Position numbers and translations under genes: made by a program. 64,000 nt of DNA from Mytilus californianus (lineage: Eukaryota). The first letter of the stretch is position 1. Each line of letters begins with the position of its first letter. The DNA lies in the NCBI RefSeq assembly GCF_021869535.1, contig NW_026262668.1, forward strand, positions 6,510,001 to 6,574,000, written 5' to 3'. The notes below the pieces were generated by a model that was given only the letters and a program-made list of their open reading frames with translations, did not search any database and was not told where the DNA came from. Below are positions 63,312-64,000 of the stretch, in pieces.

Positions 63312-63783
63312 ATGGCAGGACGGAGGAAAAGAAAATTTTCCAATACGGCAGCTGAGCTACAATTAGATCCAGTTCTTCGACAAAAAGTGCAGAATGTTTT
63401 TGAAAAGAAATTCACTTATTCCAAACCTAAAGACGGCATTTGGAAGGTGCCAGAAAATTTTACCAAACATAAAGATGATTGGGAAATTGAAGAACTAATG
63501 ACCTTGAAATCAAATTTGAACAGTTTGAAGGACAAACTGAGTGATAAAGACATTGTAAAATGGCATCAGCATACAACATTTATGAATCTTGCTGGGAATG
63601 TAAATTCAGAATTACGTCAAACAGTTCGTCCAGAACTATGCACACAAGCATGGTGTAAATTCTATGAAATGGTATCATCTTATGACCTCGTTGACCTACA
63701 AAATGATACTTTTAATTCTGTTCATCTGTGTGAAGCACCAGGAGCATTTATAACAAGCTTAAATCATTATCTTGTTTCTTCTG
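63312..63783 (+). CDS. CMTR2: Cap-specific mRNA (nucleoside-2'-O-)-methyltransferase 2, first coding exon; gene continues beyond the window
   Basis: LKSNLNSLKDKLSDK..WHQHT..ELCTQAWCKFYEM..SVHLCEAPGAFITSLNHYL matches the CMTR2/FTSJD1 FtsJ domain. Acceptor TTTTCAG at 63297-63298; phase-1 donor G|GTAAGA after 63783. Confidence 0.95.
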
Positions 63784-64000
63784 GTAAGATATAAAATACT
63801 GAAAATATCGAAGGTACTTCACTACAAAAAACACCAATTTTGCATTCTGGAAATATAATGTAACGGTATATTCAGCCTTATTTAACAATGATTGACCTTA
63901 AAGGATGTTTGCAAAACAATCACCATAGGTCTGTGACATCAAAGATTTTCTGTTTAGAGGCTAGAAAAGTACATGGAAACTTTATAGTTCCTTCAGTTGC

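Overview
This is AT-rich eukaryotic genomic DNA with spliceosomal introns. It is most likely a mytilid bivalve (Mytilus-like), inferred from repeat families and gene types recognised from memory, not from a search. Six protein-coding loci are supported: (1) an intronless RING-less TRIM-like gene (2 B-boxes, coiled coil, NHL-type propeller; 4761-6446 +); (2) an intronless TauD/clavaminate-synthase-like Fe(II)/2OG dioxygenase (18334-19320 +); (3) a spliced beta-microseminoprotein (PSP94)-like gene with a Gln- then Met/Gly-rich tail (minus, 25899-26896 plus an unresolved 5' exon); (4) an intronless type II membrane glycosyltransferase-like gene (41577-42845 -); (5) a multi-exon uncharacterised gene (about 44952-49866 +) with a putative PD-(D/E)XK-like domain, a stop-containing cassette exon and terminal Cys-rich exons resembling invertebrate N-CoR; (6) the first coding exon of CMTR2 (63312-63783 +). 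The rest is a dense mosaic of mobile DNA: Penelope-like-derived repeats with decayed hammerhead-like motifs, SINEs, a CR1/L2-type LINE fragment, Helentron-type non-autonomous elements carrying 147- and 167-bp tandem arrays, minisatellites, and TIR/foldback elements with readable 4-, 5-, 7- and 9-bp target-site duplications. No rRNA, genuine tRNA gene or CRISPR array was found. Most short ORFs in the track are spurious.
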